64,000 bases of DNA, taken from assembly GCA_963796685.1 (NCBI GenBank), contig CAWCMR010000020.1:1-64000 (forward strand), in the 5' to 3' direction. Origin of the DNA: an uncultured delta proteobacterium. GTDB lineage: Bacteria; Myxococcota_A; Polyangia; Fen-1088. Positions 9,439-24,041 of the stretch are shown here, one piece after another (within the stretch, counting starts at the first letter, position 1; the number at the start of each line of letters is the position of its first letter). Below the pieces are notes generated by a model. The model saw only the letters and a program-made list of their open reading frames with translations. It did no database searches and was not told where the DNA came from. A program made the position numbers and the translations under genes.

Positions 9439-10104
9439 ATGTGCCTTTGCCGCCCCCCTGTCGTCATCGCCCTGCTCGGTTTGTGCGCAAGTTGCTCGGG
9501 CAACGGCGACGGGGCCGTGGCCTACGCGCCCATGCCCGACGCGGATCTTTCCGGCACCAGCGCGAATCCGGAGGGCACCGCCTACCCTGCGACGGATGTC
9601 GGCGGCCGGCCGAGAAGCGCCACCCAGGCCGGCCAGACCTTCCCCAATCTCACGCTCGAAGGCGTGCGCTCGGCGGCCACCCGGGACACCCCCGCCGTCG
9701 TGTCCATGGCCGAGTACTACGATCCGACGGGCGCCCGTTACGATCTCCTGCACGTCATCGCGCTCTTCATGTGGTGTCCGCACTGCAACAACGAAACCAA
9801 CAACTTGTCGACCCTCTCTGCCTGGCAAGCCGACCACCGCGTGGCCGTGGTCCAGATCGCCATGCTCGGCTACGGCAACGCCTCGCCTGGTTGGACCGAG
9901 CTGCAAAAGTGGGTCGGCGATCACAACCTGAGCTTCCCGGTTCTCGTGGACGGCCAGGGCGCCGAGCTCGGCCAGTACTTCTCGGTCAACTACGTGCCCC
10001 TCAACATCGTGGTCAACCCGCGAACCATGGAGGTTATTGCGGTGGATGTAGGCGAGGTCGACGACTGCCAGGGCTACGAGCAGGGGTTCTTGAATAGCCT
10101 GTAG
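9439..10104 (+). CDS. TlpA/redoxin-like thioredoxin-fold lipoprotein
   Basis: Lipobox-like LCASC, WCPHC active site, FPVLVD, VPLNIVVNPRTM (cis-Pro region). Confidence 0.7.
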   Translation: MCLCRPPVVIALLGLCASCSGNGDGAVAYAPMPDADLSGTSANPEGTAYPATDVGGRPRSATQAGQTFPNLTLEGVRSAATRDTPAVVSMAEYYDPTGARYDLLHVIALFMWCPHCNNETNNLSTLSAWQADHRVAVVQIAMLGYGNASPGWTELQKWVGDHNLSFPVLVDGQGAELGQYFSVNYVPLNIVVNPRTMEVIAVDVGEVDDCQGYEQGFLNSL

Positions 10105-10231
10105 GTCCGTCGCGCCATATCACTGCCAATGGGGCGGCGCGCGCGGCGAGGATTTCTGTTTTTTGCACAGAAATATTCCCATCTTCCCCCTACCTGTTGT
10201 TGAATGTCCGAAGACCAAACGAGAGGGTGAC

Positions 10232-11134
10232 ATGAACGCACGGAAATTTCTCAATGTTCGGGTTAGCTTGACGGTAACGGCCTTGGCTCTAAGCGGGGCC
10301 TTGGTGTTTTCAGCGATGACGACGTCGTGTGCCAGTAGCAGCGGCGGCAGCGGCGGCAACGGCGGTGGCGGAAGCGGGGGCGGAGGCTCGACCGGCGGCA
10401 CGACCGGCGGCAGTTGCGCCGACCCAGCCAGCGACGCCGTGAACTTCTGCAACGGCCAGGCTCAGGGCGTCATGACGGGCTATGCGTACATCGCCCTCGG
10501 CAAATTGGATACCGCGAGCGATCCAGTGTGTGCGCCTGATTCGGCGGACCTGAACACGACCCAGAACATCACCGCGGCTGGCACGGACCCCGGGGCGTGC
10601 CCGACGACCGGTACGACGGTGTGGCAGACATCCGATGCGCTCTGCATAACGGGCAGCATTCCTCAGTTGCCGGGATCGCCAACGCAAACTGACTACAACG
10701 ACAACTGGGGCCTCCAGATTGGCGTCAACACGGCCAGCCCACCGGCAACCGGTCCCGGATCCGGTACCCTGGGCAAGACCTACGCGACCATCGCGGCCAC
10801 CACAACCGGCTCGGTCACTCCGACCAACAACGCCATTCGCCTGGTCATTCACCTGGCGGGTACCCCTGACACTGACAATCCGTACTGCGCCACCATGTCG
10901 GCATCCGGCAAGGCCATCACGCTCACCTCGTTCAACACCCAATGCTGGAACGGCGGGAGTTGCGGCACTGTTCCCGCCTGTACGCCGGGAGCGGATCAGT
11001 CGAAGTGCTGCAATCAGCTCCAAGATTCGGATATTCCCAACATCGACAAGATCGGCATCCAGATCTCGTCGGACAACAAGTTCGCCTACGACGTCAAGAA
11101 CTACTGCCTGACCGGTTACCAGTTCGGCAACTAG
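10232..11134 (+). CDS. Secreted/lipoprotein with Gly-rich stalk and Cys-containing beta-sandwich (possible carbohydrate-binding domain)
   Basis: Signal peptide, SGGSGG linker, WGLQIGVN...IRLVIH...YCA...FNTQCWN...IGIQI; followed by a terminator. Confidence 0.6.
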   Translation: MNARKFLNVRVSLTVTALALSGALVFSAMTTSCASSSGGSGGNGGGGSGGGGSTGGTTGGSCADPASDAVNFCNGQAQGVMTGYAYIALGKLDTASDPVCAPDSADLNTTQNITAAGTDPGACPTTGTTVWQTSDALCITGSIPQLPGSPTQTDYNDNWGLQIGVNTASPPATGPGSGTLGKTYATIAATTTGSVTPTNNAIRLVIHLAGTPDTDNPYCATMSASGKAITLTSFNTQCWNGGSCGTVPACTPGADQSKCCNQLQDSDIPNIDKIGIQISSDNKFAYDVKNYCLTGYQFGN

Positions 11135-11156
11135 CCAGCTCTTCGCCATACGCTGG

Positions 11157-11183
11157 AAACGGGGCGCTTCGGTGCCCCGTTTT
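11157..11183 (+). terminator. Rho-independent terminator
   Basis: AAACGGGGCGC-TTCG-GTGCCCCGTTT stem-loop with a T tail, 23 nt after the stop. Confidence 0.75.
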
Positions 11184-11222
11184 CATTTGGACAAGCGACC
11201 GCGGCGCGAATAGGTTCGAGCC

Positions 11223-12938
<1,716 letters not shown>

Positions 12939-12949
12939 CCGTAGATTGT

Positions 12950-13158
12950 AATGGGAACCCTGACCTGAAACCACCTCGCCCCGCGCAGCGGGGAGAGGTC
13001 GCCGAGCGCAGCGAGGCGGGTGAGGGGCTGCCACGTTTCATGATCGAAGGATCCGGGCCATCGGCCCGGCGGCGGTACTGGGAGGGTTCCCAAACTCTCC
13101 CGCGACGCACCGCTGCCGGCATAGCCGGCAGGCTCCGCACGCGCCTGCTTGGCCCGCA
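12950..13158 (+). repeat. REP-like AATGGGAACCCTGGGAGG family copy interrupted by a nested palindromic insert
   Basis: AATGGGAACCCTG (12950-12962) + insert + CTGGGAGGGTTCCCA...GGCCCGCA (13078-13158); the joined halves match the intact copy at 30913-31002. Confidence 0.75.
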
Positions 13159-13218
13159 CAACCATGAATCGTGCGGTCTCGGACTCGACTTTGGCGGACG
13201 ATACGCTAAAGATCGACC

Positions 13219-13863
13219 ATGCCACATACTTGGGATCCCGATTCTCTGTCCCCGCGCGCGGCGGCGCAACGTCTTCTGGAAGGCAATCGGCGTTTCTGCG
13301 AAGGCCGGCCTTCCTCGGAGGCGCGCGCCTTCTCTGCCGATCTGGCCGAGCGGCCGCAGCGCCCCTTTGCCATCGTGCTCGGTTGCTCGGACTCGCGCAC
13401 CCCCGTCGAGATCTTGTTCGATCAAGGCTTCGGCGATCTCTTCGTGGTCAGAATCGCCGGCAACGTCGTCGCGCCTTCCGTGGTGGGCTCTATCGAGTTC
13501 GCGGCCTCGCAATTCGGAACTCGGTTGGTGGTGGTGCTTGGACACACCCGCTGCGGCGCTATCACCGCGACCGCGAACGCCCTGCACACGGGCGACGGGC
13601 CGGCGTCGAGAAACATTCGCTCCATCATCGACCGCATCGCCCCGCACATCGAGTCCGCGGTGCGCGCCAGCGCGTCCATGTCCGACCCGGCCCTCCTGCG
13701 CGAGCTGATGCACATGAACGTTCGCGCCTCGGCCGATCACCTGCGACACGGCAGTCGCCTGCTCGAAGAGCTCGTCCTCGCCGGTCGCGTGGCCGTGCTG
13801 GCCGCGGACTACGAGCTCGAGACCGGCCGGGTGCAGTTTTTCGACGGCCTGCCGCCTGAGTGA
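13219..13863 (+). CDS. Beta-class carbonic anhydrase
   Basis: L.EGN.RF, GCSDSR, FDQGFGDLFVVRIAGN, GSIEFA, VLGHTRCGAI. Confidence 0.93.
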   Translation: MPHTWDPDSLSPRAAAQRLLEGNRRFCEGRPSSEARAFSADLAERPQRPFAIVLGCSDSRTPVEILFDQGFGDLFVVRIAGNVVAPSVVGSIEFAASQFGTRLVVVLGHTRCGAITATANALHTGDGPASRNIRSIIDRIAPHIESAVRASASMSDPALLRELMHMNVRASADHLRHGSRLLEELVLAGRVAVLAADYELETGRVQFFDGLPPE

Positions 13864-14283
13864 CCACCTGCGATGCTGTCGCGAGCATCGTGCTAGAGAC
13901 GAGCCGCGAGGTTTGGCAATCCGTTCACCCTGCTGACGGCCGACGAGCACCAGGACGATCGCTTCGTCCCCGGCCTCGCGCGCCTGGCCTTGGTCATCCA
14001 GGGCGGCGGGGCCGCATCCAAGACCCGGCCATCGTGCCCGCTTTACCTGCAATGGCAAGCGCAGGCAGTGCAAGAAGCCCGACGAGAGCACCCACGTGCA
14101 ATCTGGCCATGCCCCAGAGCCTATCCCTTGAGCGCCCGGCGGGGAAACACTACCCATCTCATCGGTCGTTTACCTACTAGTTACTTGCCACGCCCTTCGT
14201 CTGCGTAAATAGTCTATTCGAAGATGGCAGTGTGAGGTTGGCGCTGCCGAGGGTATGGATTTGCTCTTCCTCGGGAGGTGCCA

Positions 14284-17133
14284 ATGCGTGGATGTTACCG
14301 AGGCTTGGTAAGCTTGGGAGTCGGCGGACTGCTGCTTTCGGGCCTGCCGAGTGTGGCCTTGGCCGATGACCCCACACCACCGCCGACAGCAGAGTGCGAC
14401 GCCCGCTGTATCCTGGCCCGCTTCGCCGGGCTTCCCGACGCCACGCCGTTGCCCGACACCCTGGAGCAGATTCACGAGCTGGGATACGCGAGTATCGATT
14501 TTCTGGTCATGCTCGCACCCGATCCAAGGGATTCGAACTTTCCCGAGGCCTTCGACAGCTATCTGAACGCCGCGGTGGCGGGCATCGAATCCGTCGATTT
14601 CAGCGCGGATCGCTTCTACGATCCATGGCACTTGGCCGTCCCCCGTCAGGAAGGCTCCGCCTCGTCGCCGGAACACAGCCAGACGAACGTGGCCTATCGT
14701 CAGTCTCCCGGAGCGCTGCTCTTCAGGCGCGACTCGCCCGTGCCCGATCCCCTCGCGTGCACGACGGCCAGGCGTCGCGAGATTCTCATGGTCTTGGTGA
14801 TCGGAGAGACGCCGACCTGGGGCATTCAGAAGCCCGCGCTCGAGAACGCGCTTGGTCTCATCGCCAGGACCTGCAAGGCTCAGATGTGCAGCCTACGCCA
14901 GCGCCGAGAGCCGCTGTGTCCCGTGCCAGAAGAGTTCGTGCTTCGTGTTCTCGGGCCCAGCAGCTCAGGGGCCGCGGAGTCGCTCCGGACCGGCCTCCGG
15001 TCGTGGGTTCAGTCCAAGGGTGGCGGCCACACTTTCAGGCCGCCTTGGCGAATCGAGATCATCAGCGGGTCGGCGACTGCCCGCGACAACCGGCGTCTTC
15101 TGGAAAATGATCTCGGCGCCGACGTGGCCCCGATGCGCGCGTCGTTCCACGCGACGGTCAACCCAGACGACGTCCTGTGGAATTTCGCCAGCGATTACCT
15201 CGCAAGGCTGGGGGCCACACCGGCTGACATCGCTTTCCTTGTCGAATCCAACACCGACTATGGTCAGAGCTTCAAAGGTCAGGTATCCGGGTTCAAGGAC
15301 ATGCGGCGGGATGCGATTCTCACCCTTCCATTCCCTCTTCACATCGCGGCGGCCCGTCCGCGGGTGGAGCAGGGCGCGTCCCCGGATTCGGCAAACAACC
15401 CGGCCTTCCCCAAGGCGATCCGAGACCTCTACTTGTCGAGAGGAACCCGACAGACCTATTCCTTGTCGACCGACGGGGAGCTTACTCGCGCAGCCAAGGA
15501 GCTTGCCCTCGGGAATATTCTTCGCACCATCGCGTCCGAGCACAAGCACTTCGTCTGCATCCTGGCATCCGACCCTCTCGACATTCTCTTCCTGGCGCAG
15601 CAGGTGCGCGTCTGGTTCCCCGACGTGGTGGTCGTGGTGTTCACGAGCGATCTGCTCTTTCTCCATGATGCCGTTCCCTTCATGGACGGGGTTCTGGTGG
15701 CGGCGACCTATCCCCTTGCCGGTTGGACCCAACAGTGTCAGGGGACTGCTCGTCCCTTCTCGCGCCTGGGGATCGGCCAGTTCAATCCCAGTGACGGGGC
15801 ACTCCGTCTCGTTTTTCTCTACTACCGTACACGCGTGCTGACCGGGGGCCAGTCGCTGGTCGCGCTGGCCGCGATGCTGGCCGTCGGTTTCTTGATCTGG
15901 ATAGGCGGCCATCTTCGCCAGGTTCGCATCTATCACCGCACGCAGCGACTGAGAGACTGGAAGCTCCTCAGCCCGGAGGCAAGTCCGGTCTTGAGGAGCC
16001 TGGGTGTCGTCGAACAAAGCCAAGAGGCCGTCAAGCAGGCTGAAAAAGTGCTCCCCTCCAGAACCATCACCATCGCGATCTTGCTCTTCTACGTCACGGC
16101 CGGGGTGCTCGTCTTCCCCGGCATCCAACTGTTCGAGAGAACGCTCACGGGCGGTGCGCTTCTTTGGCTCTTCCCGTCCCTGTATGTGCTCATCGTCGGA
16201 TTTCTGTTCTGGGGCTGCTATAGCTTCCTCAAGACGTGGCGGGCGCTGCGAGGTCTCTTGGCCGCCTTGACCGCGCATCCCATCGCCTCCTCCTTCCGCC
16301 GAATTCCCCCACGCCTGTCCGAGGTGTTTCGCCATGCCTGGAGCCACGAGATCGAGAGCGTCTGGCGCCACCACTGCGTCGTCCTTTTCAACAGCGCCAA
16401 GGCACTGCGGGCGAAGCACGCCCCAGTCGTTACCTCCCCGCTGGTGCCGGCAGCCACGCCGCCCGCCTCCGCGGGTGCAGCGGTGCCCACGCCCACCTCG
16501 ACATCCATCCTGTCACTCCTGACGTCACCTTCGGACACGCTGGAGGACTTCATGCTGGCGCTCGCGCCGCACGAAGAAGCGCTGGCCGCCGAGCTGTACC
16601 GCAACAGACCGCACGAGCCGCCGGGGATAGCCCTCAAACCGGAGGAGTTCGACAAGCTCGAATCGGTGAACACCGTGCACCTGATCCGCTCGGCAGTGTC
16701 TAACGACCAGCAGCTTTCCCATCGAATGTGGGAGGAGTTCCTGGCCCTGCGTCTCGTCGCGATCATCGGCTACGTGCGTGCTCAAATCTACAATGTCATC
16801 GGGACCGTGAGCCTTGCGACGCTGCCCATCCTGTTGATCACCACGCTCTATCCCTTTCAGGGTAATCGAACCTTGCTCATGCTCGTGGTCTCGCTGGTCG
16901 CCGCGGTGATCGCGACCACGGTGACTGTCTTCACGCAGATGAACCGCAATACCTTGCTGAGTCTCATCGACGGCACGAAACCAGGGGTCGTCACCTGGGA
17001 TCGGTCCTATGTCTCGGGCCTCGTGCTCCACGGGATCCTGCCACTCGCCATGCTGGTGTCGGTGAAGTTTCCGGCGGCCGCGCAGAGCATCCGATCGGTC
17101 GCGGGGATTGTCACGCGAATCCTCGGCTCGTAA
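14284..17133 (+). CDS. Large uncharacterised membrane protein: signal peptide + periplasmic-binding-protein-like ectodomain + multiple TM helices
   Basis: ~950 aa. GGAGG precedes the ATG. Ectodomain motifs IGETPTWGI, LGPSSSGAAESL, AFLVESNTDYG, CILASDPLDILFL. Hydrophobic C-terminal half with EEFLAL...YPFQ...MNRN.LLSLI.GT.PG. Confidence 0.7.
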   Translation: MRGCYRGLVSLGVGGLLLSGLPSVALADDPTPPPTAECDARCILARFAGLPDATPLPDTLEQIHELGYASIDFLVMLAPDPRDSNFPEAFDSYLNAAVAGIESVDFSADRFYDPWHLAVPRQEGSASSPEHSQTNVAYRQSPGALLFRRDSPVPDPLACTTARRREILMVLVIGETPTWGIQKPALENALGLIARTCKAQMCSLRQRREPLCPVPEEFVLRVLGPSSSGAAESLRTGLRSWVQSKGGGHTFRPPWRIEIISGSATARDNRRLLENDLGADVAPMRASFHATVNPDDVLWNFASDYLARLGATPADIAFLVESNTDYGQSFKGQVSGFKDMRRDAILTLPFPLHIAAARPRVEQGASPDSANNPAFPKAIRDLYLSRGTRQTYSLSTDGELTRAAKELALGNILRTIASEHKHFVCILASDPLDILFLAQQVRVWFPDVVVVVFTSDLLFLHDAVPFMDGVLVAATYPLAGWTQQCQGTARPFSRLGIGQFNPSDGALRLVFLYYRTRVLTGGQSLVALAAMLAVGFLIWIGGHLRQVRIYHRTQRLRDWKLLSPEASPVLRSLGVVEQSQEAVKQAEKVLPSRTITIAILLFYVTAGVLVFPGIQLFERTLTGGALLWLFPSLYVLIVGFLFWGCYSFLKTWRALRGLLAALTAHPIASSFRRIPPRLSEVFRHAWSHEIESVWRHHCVVLFNSAKALRAKHAPVVTSPLVPAATPPASAGAAVPTPTSTSILSLLTSPSDTLEDFMLALAPHEEALAAELYRNRPHEPPGIALKPEEFDKLESVNTVHLIRSAVSNDQQLSHRMWEEFLALRLVAIIGYVRAQIYNVIGTVSLATLPILLITTLYPFQGNRTLLMLVVSLVAAVIATTVTVFTQMNRNTLLSLIDGTKPGVVTWDRSYVSGLVLHGILPLAMLVSVKFPAAAQSIRSVAGIVTRILGS

Positions 17134-17179
17134 GACCACAAGAATCACGAGAACGCCCGCACGACGTCTTACGATCGAG

Positions 17180-18028
17180 CTAAGGGGTCGTGACCAACAC
17201 GTCGTCCGCGGAAGCCTTGATTCCCTTCTCGACCTGGATGCCGAGGCCCCACTGATCCGCGAGACAGCCGCCATTGTCGACGGTGGCTCCGTTGGTCGCG
17301 ATGAGGGGCGACACGCAATCGTCGGTGTAGGTCGCCATGGGCGTGGTCTGCTCCTCGAAATAGGCCTTGAGGCGAACATTGGTCGTGCCCGCGATGGTGA
17401 GCTTGATGGTGCGCCACTCGTTCATGGGTACCGGCGTGGCGAAGGGCGCACCGGCGGCCAGCTCGCAAATGGTGTAGTTGCCGGCCCCGTCGGCAACCTT
17501 CTTGAAGAGGCTGACCTTGGTCATGGTGCCGTCGGTGGCGACAGTCACAGCCACGGCATAGAAGATGTTCTCGGTGATTGCTGCCTGCCTGACGTCCAGG
17601 CGCACGGTCCTGGTCGACATCGGCGCTTGTTCGATGCGTACCTTCATCGATGCGGTGAGGTTCACTTCTTTGAAGAGGTCTCCGGTCAGGTTGCAGCGCA
17701 GGCGCGAGAAGTCGGACTGGGTCGAATCCAAGGTCACGATCCTGTTGGTGCCGTCCATGGCATCCGTGACCGGCCCGTCGCCGGATTCCGACGTCACCCA
17801 ATTCACCCCGTACGTACCGTCGAAGCCATCGTAGAACAGGGTGCGAACGCCGGCTGAACCGTCTGGGGAGGCCTCGCTGGCGTCCCCAGCGACCCCGCCG
17901 ACGAGGTCGGTCGGCGGGGAGCCATCGACGGCCCTGATGGCAATCGCGGTCTGCGACGTGCACGCAGGCTGGCCGAAAGTCAGCCCCAGCCCCAGTGCCA
18001 ACAGGGCAGTTTGCCTCTTCGCGCGCAC
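17180..18028 (-). CDS. Secreted/lipoprotein, beta-rich (possible ConA-like fold)
   Basis: Signal peptide ending GQPAC, LFYDGFDG motif, beta-strand pattern; starts immediately downstream of lpdA. Confidence 0.6.
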   Translation of the reverse strand: MRAKRQTALLALGLGLTFGQPACTSQTAIAIRAVDGSPPTDLVGGVAGDASEASPDGSAGVRTLFYDGFDGTYGVNWVTSESGDGPVTDAMDGTNRIVTLDSTQSDFSRLRCNLTGDLFKEVNLTASMKVRIEQAPMSTRTVRLDVRQAAITENIFYAVAVTVATDGTMTKVSLFKKVADGAGNYTICELAAGAPFATPVPMNEWRTIKLTIAGTTNVRLKAYFEEQTTPMATYTDDCVSPLIATNGATVDNGGCLADQWGLGIQVEKGIKASADDVLVTTP

Positions 18029-18034
18029 GACGCC

Positions 18035-19462
18035 CTATCCGTGAAAGTTCAGCGTTCGCCCGTCGACGGCCAGGGCGGCTTCGTGGATGGTCTCGGCCAG
18101 CGACGGGTGGGCGTGGATGGTGCGCTGCAGGTCTTCGGCGCTGGCGCCGAACTCCATGGCCAGCACGGCCTCGGCGATCATCTCGGAGGCCATGGGCGCC
18201 ATGATGTGCACGCCGAGCAGGCGGTCGGTGCGCTTGTCGGCGAGGATCTTGGTCAGACCCACGGTTTGGCCCATGGCGCGCGCGCGACCGTTGGCGGACA
18301 GGGGGAAGACGCCGACCTTGTAGTCGCGGGCCGAGGCGCGCAGCTGGCGTTCGGTCTTGCCCACCCAGGCGATCTCGGGCGAGGTGTAGATGACCCAAGG
18401 GATGGCGTCGTAGTTCACGCGCGACGGCTGGCCGGCGATGCGTTCGACCACCATCACGCCCTCATCGGACGCCTTGTGCGCCAACATGGGGCCGCGTACG
18501 ACGTCGCCCACGGCGTAGATGTTGGGCAGGTTGGTGCAGCAGAATTCGTCGACGTGAATGTAGCCGCGCTCGTCGAGCAACAGGCCGACCTCGTTGACGT
18601 CGATGCCTTGCGTGTTGGGTTTTCGACCCACCGCCACCACCAGCTTCGAGAGCTCGATGCCGTGCTTGCCATCGCCATTTTCGTAGCTGACTTGCACGCC
18701 GCTTGGCCCAAGCTTGGCGGCCAGCACGCGTGCCCCGAGGCGAATGTCCAGGCCCTGGCGCGACATCTCCTTGAAGGCGGCGTCGGCAATCTGCTCGTCG
18801 GCGCCGGGCAGGAAGGTTTCCATGGCTTCGAGCAGGACGACCTGGCTGCCGAGGCGGTGCCACACCGAACCCAGCTCCAGGCCAATCACGCCCGCCCCAA
18901 TCACGCCCAGTTTCTCGGGCGCGGAGGTGAAATCGAGAGCGCCGGAGGAATCGACGACGATCTTTCCGTCGGTGGGAACGTGGTCGATGTCTCTCGGCAG
19001 CGAGCCCGTGGCGATGAGGATGTGCTTGGCTTCGAGGGTCACGATCGGGCCGCCCCCGAGAGGCGTCACCTCGACGCGCATACCGGAGAGCAGGCGGCCC
19101 GTGCCGGCGAAGGGGACGACCTTGTTCTTGGCAAAGAGGGTGGTGATGCCGGATGCAAGGCCGCGCACGATCTTGTTCTTGCGCGCGATCATGGCCGGTA
19201 CGTCGATGCGAACGTCGGCGAGAGAAATGCCGTGTTCCTTCAGCTCCGCCTTGCAGCGATGGTAATGCTCGGACGATTCCAGCAGCGCCTTGGAGGGGAT
19301 GCAACCCACGTTGAGGCAGGTGCCGCCGAGCGACGGCTTCCCCTCCGGACCTACGCCGCTGTCGATGCATGCGACATTCAAACCGAGTTGTCCGGCCCGG
19401 ATCGCGGCCACATAGCCGGCGGGACCAGCCCCTAGCACCACGAGGTCGAAAGTTTGCGCCAT
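18035..19462 (-). CDS. lpdA: Dihydrolipoyl dehydrogenase (E3)
   Basis: GAGPAGYVAAIRA, GGTCLNVGCIPSK, GAGVIGLELG, HAHPSLAE; real start ATG 19462. Confidence 0.96.
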   Translation of the reverse strand: MAQTFDLVVLGAGPAGYVAAIRAGQLGLNVACIDSGVGPEGKPSLGGTCLNVGCIPSKALLESSEHYHRCKAELKEHGISLADVRIDVPAMIARKNKIVRGLASGITTLFAKNKVVPFAGTGRLLSGMRVEVTPLGGGPIVTLEAKHILIATGSLPRDIDHVPTDGKIVVDSSGALDFTSAPEKLGVIGAGVIGLELGSVWHRLGSQVVLLEAMETFLPGADEQIADAAFKEMSRQGLDIRLGARVLAAKLGPSGVQVSYENGDGKHGIELSKLVVAVGRKPNTQGIDVNEVGLLLDERGYIHVDEFCCTNLPNIYAVGDVVRGPMLAHKASDEGVMVVERIAGQPSRVNYDAIPWVIYTSPEIAWVGKTERQLRASARDYKVGVFPLSANGRARAMGQTVGLTKILADKRTDRLLGVHIMAPMASEMIAEAVLAMEFGASAEDLQRTIHAHPSLAETIHEAALAVDGRTLNFHG

Positions 19463-19464
19463 GA

Positions 19465-20820
19465 TCACACCCTCAGGATGAAGCGGGTTGGGTCTTCGAC
19501 GAGCTCTTTGATCGCGACCAGGAAGAGCACCGCCTCGCGCCCGTCGATGATGCGATGATCGTAGGACAGCGCCAAATACATCATGGGGCGAATGACGACC
19601 TTGTCGCCCTCGGCCACGGGACGCGGTTCGATGCGATGCAGGCCGAGGATGGCGCTTTGGGGGGGATTCAGAATCGGCGTCGAGAGCATGGAGCCGAACA
19701 CGCCCCCGTTGGAAATAGTGAAGGTCCCGCCGGTCAGCTCGTGGATGCCGAGCTTGCCCTCTTCGCCGCGGCTGGTGAACCCGGCGATGGAGCGCTCGAT
19801 CTCGGCCAAGCTCATGCGGTCGGCGTCGCGCAGCACCGGCACCACCAGCCCGCGCGTGGTGCTGACGGCCACGCCGATGTCGAAGTAGCCGTGGTAGACG
19901 AGGTCGTCGCCGTCCAGCGATGCATTGACCACGGGATAGCGGCGCAGGGCCTCGGCGCAGGCCTTGACGAAGAAGCCCATGATCCCCAGCTTCACGCCGT
20001 GCTGGGTCTGGAAAGCCTCCTTGTAATTGCGGCGCAGATCCATCAGCGCCTGCATGTTGATCTCGTTGAACGTGGTCAGGATCGCGGCGCTGTGCTGGGC
20101 CTCCAGCATGCGTTCGGCGATGCGGGCGCGCAGGCGGGTCATCTTGGTGCGCGTGGTCGGCCGAGGCGCCGGGGCGCCCGATTCCGACGGCGCGGTCTGG
20201 GTCTCGGAGAACTCCACCACCGTGGGCGCTTCGCCGATGTTGGACGCGAGCTGCGGCGAGTGCTCGAGGTGGCGCAGAACGTCTTCCTTGGTGATGCGGC
20301 CGCGCGGCCCGGAGCCCGTGATGTCGGCCGGGCTCAGCTTGTGCTCGTCGAGAAGTCGGCGCACGGCCGGGGCCAGGCCTTCCATCTCCGCCTCGCCGTT
20401 CCCGCCTGCCGACGGCACGCTGGCCGGCCGTGCGGGGGCCAAGGCGGGCGTGGGGGCGGGCGCGCCGGGCGCGGACGCCCCGGCAGTCGCGGCGGCGGAC
20501 TTCTTGGCCGGCGGTTGCGCGGTCTTGGGCGCCGTCTTCTTGGGCGCGGCCGCGGCGGCGGCCGGCTCGGCCTTCGTCGCACCGGCGGCCTCGATGGTCG
20601 TGAGCACATCGCCGCGTTTCACGCTGTCGCCCTTCTTGCGCAATTGCGGGCCGACAATGCCGGAAGCCGGCGCGGCGATTTCGAGCACGACCTTGTCGGT
20701 CTCGATTTCCGCCAGCGGCTCGTCGGCCTTGACCTCGTCGCCGGGCTGTTTGTGCCACGCCGCGAGCGTCCCATCCGCGACGGATTCCGGCAGCTCATTC
20801 ACTTTGACCTCGACGCTCAT
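19465..20820 (-). CDS. sucB: 2-oxoglutarate dehydrogenase E2 (dihydrolipoyl succinyltransferase)
   Basis: Lipoyl [11 protein letters not shown]3-binding [13 protein letters not shown], catalytic [13 protein letters not shown]. Confidence 0.96.
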   Translation of the reverse strand: MSVEVKVNELPESVADGTLAAWHKQPGDEVKADEPLAEIETDKVVLEIAAPASGIVGPQLRKKGDSVKRGDVLTTIEAAGATKAEPAAAAAAPKKTAPKTAQPPAKKSAAATAGASAPGAPAPTPALAPARPASVPSAGGNGEAEMEGLAPAVRRLLDEHKLSPADITGSGPRGRITKEDVLRHLEHSPQLASNIGEAPTVVEFSETQTAPSESGAPAPRPTTRTKMTRLRARIAERMLEAQHSAAILTTFNEINMQALMDLRRNYKEAFQTQHGVKLGIMGFFVKACAEALRRYPVVNASLDGDDLVYHGYFDIGVAVSTTRGLVVPVLRDADRMSLAEIERSIAGFTSRGEEGKLGIHELTGGTFTISNGGVFGSMLSTPILNPPQSAILGLHRIEPRPVAEGDKVVIRPMMYLALSYDHRIIDGREAVLFLVAIKELVEDPTRFILRV

Positions 20821-20907
20821 CGACCAAGACCTCCTGAAGGGTACCGGACCCGGCTGTCCCGTCGGGCCGGCCGTTCTCGTTGGCGGTTACTATAACCCAA
20901 GACCGGT

Positions 20908-23748
<2,841 letters not shown>

Positions 23749-24041
23749 GGTTTTCAGGTTGGCAGGCGGAAAGTGGAGGGGGAAAGTGGAAGGTGGAAGG
23801 TGGCTACCACCAGCGTCAATAAGATGCCTCGGCGGCTTCTTGCGTCTCGTGCAAACGACGCGGGCACAAGGTTCGCACCGCGAAGGGGCGAACGCCAGCG
23901 AGAGGACCAAGGCGGTCACCATTTACGGGAGTTGGCATCCAACCGCCAGCTCGTCATCAACACAACAAGCCACGCGGATCGTGATGCATCGCGTCCGTCT
24001 GGCGTTGTTTCAACCAGGTTTGCGAGTTTGGAGGAGAACCG

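Noticed and set aside
13864-14270. Small ORFs or a coding remnant (FGNPFTLLTADEHQDDRFVPGL...)
   Set aside because: No recognisable family, start or RBS.
18035-20758. 907-aa Lpd with N-terminal extension
   Set aside because: The extension is an alternate frame of sucB; the real start is ATG 19462.
23768-23802. GGAA(A/G)GT heptamer run upstream of sucA as a G-quadruplex or regulatory element
   Set aside because: It is short and degenerate, mostly GG tracts, with no further support.
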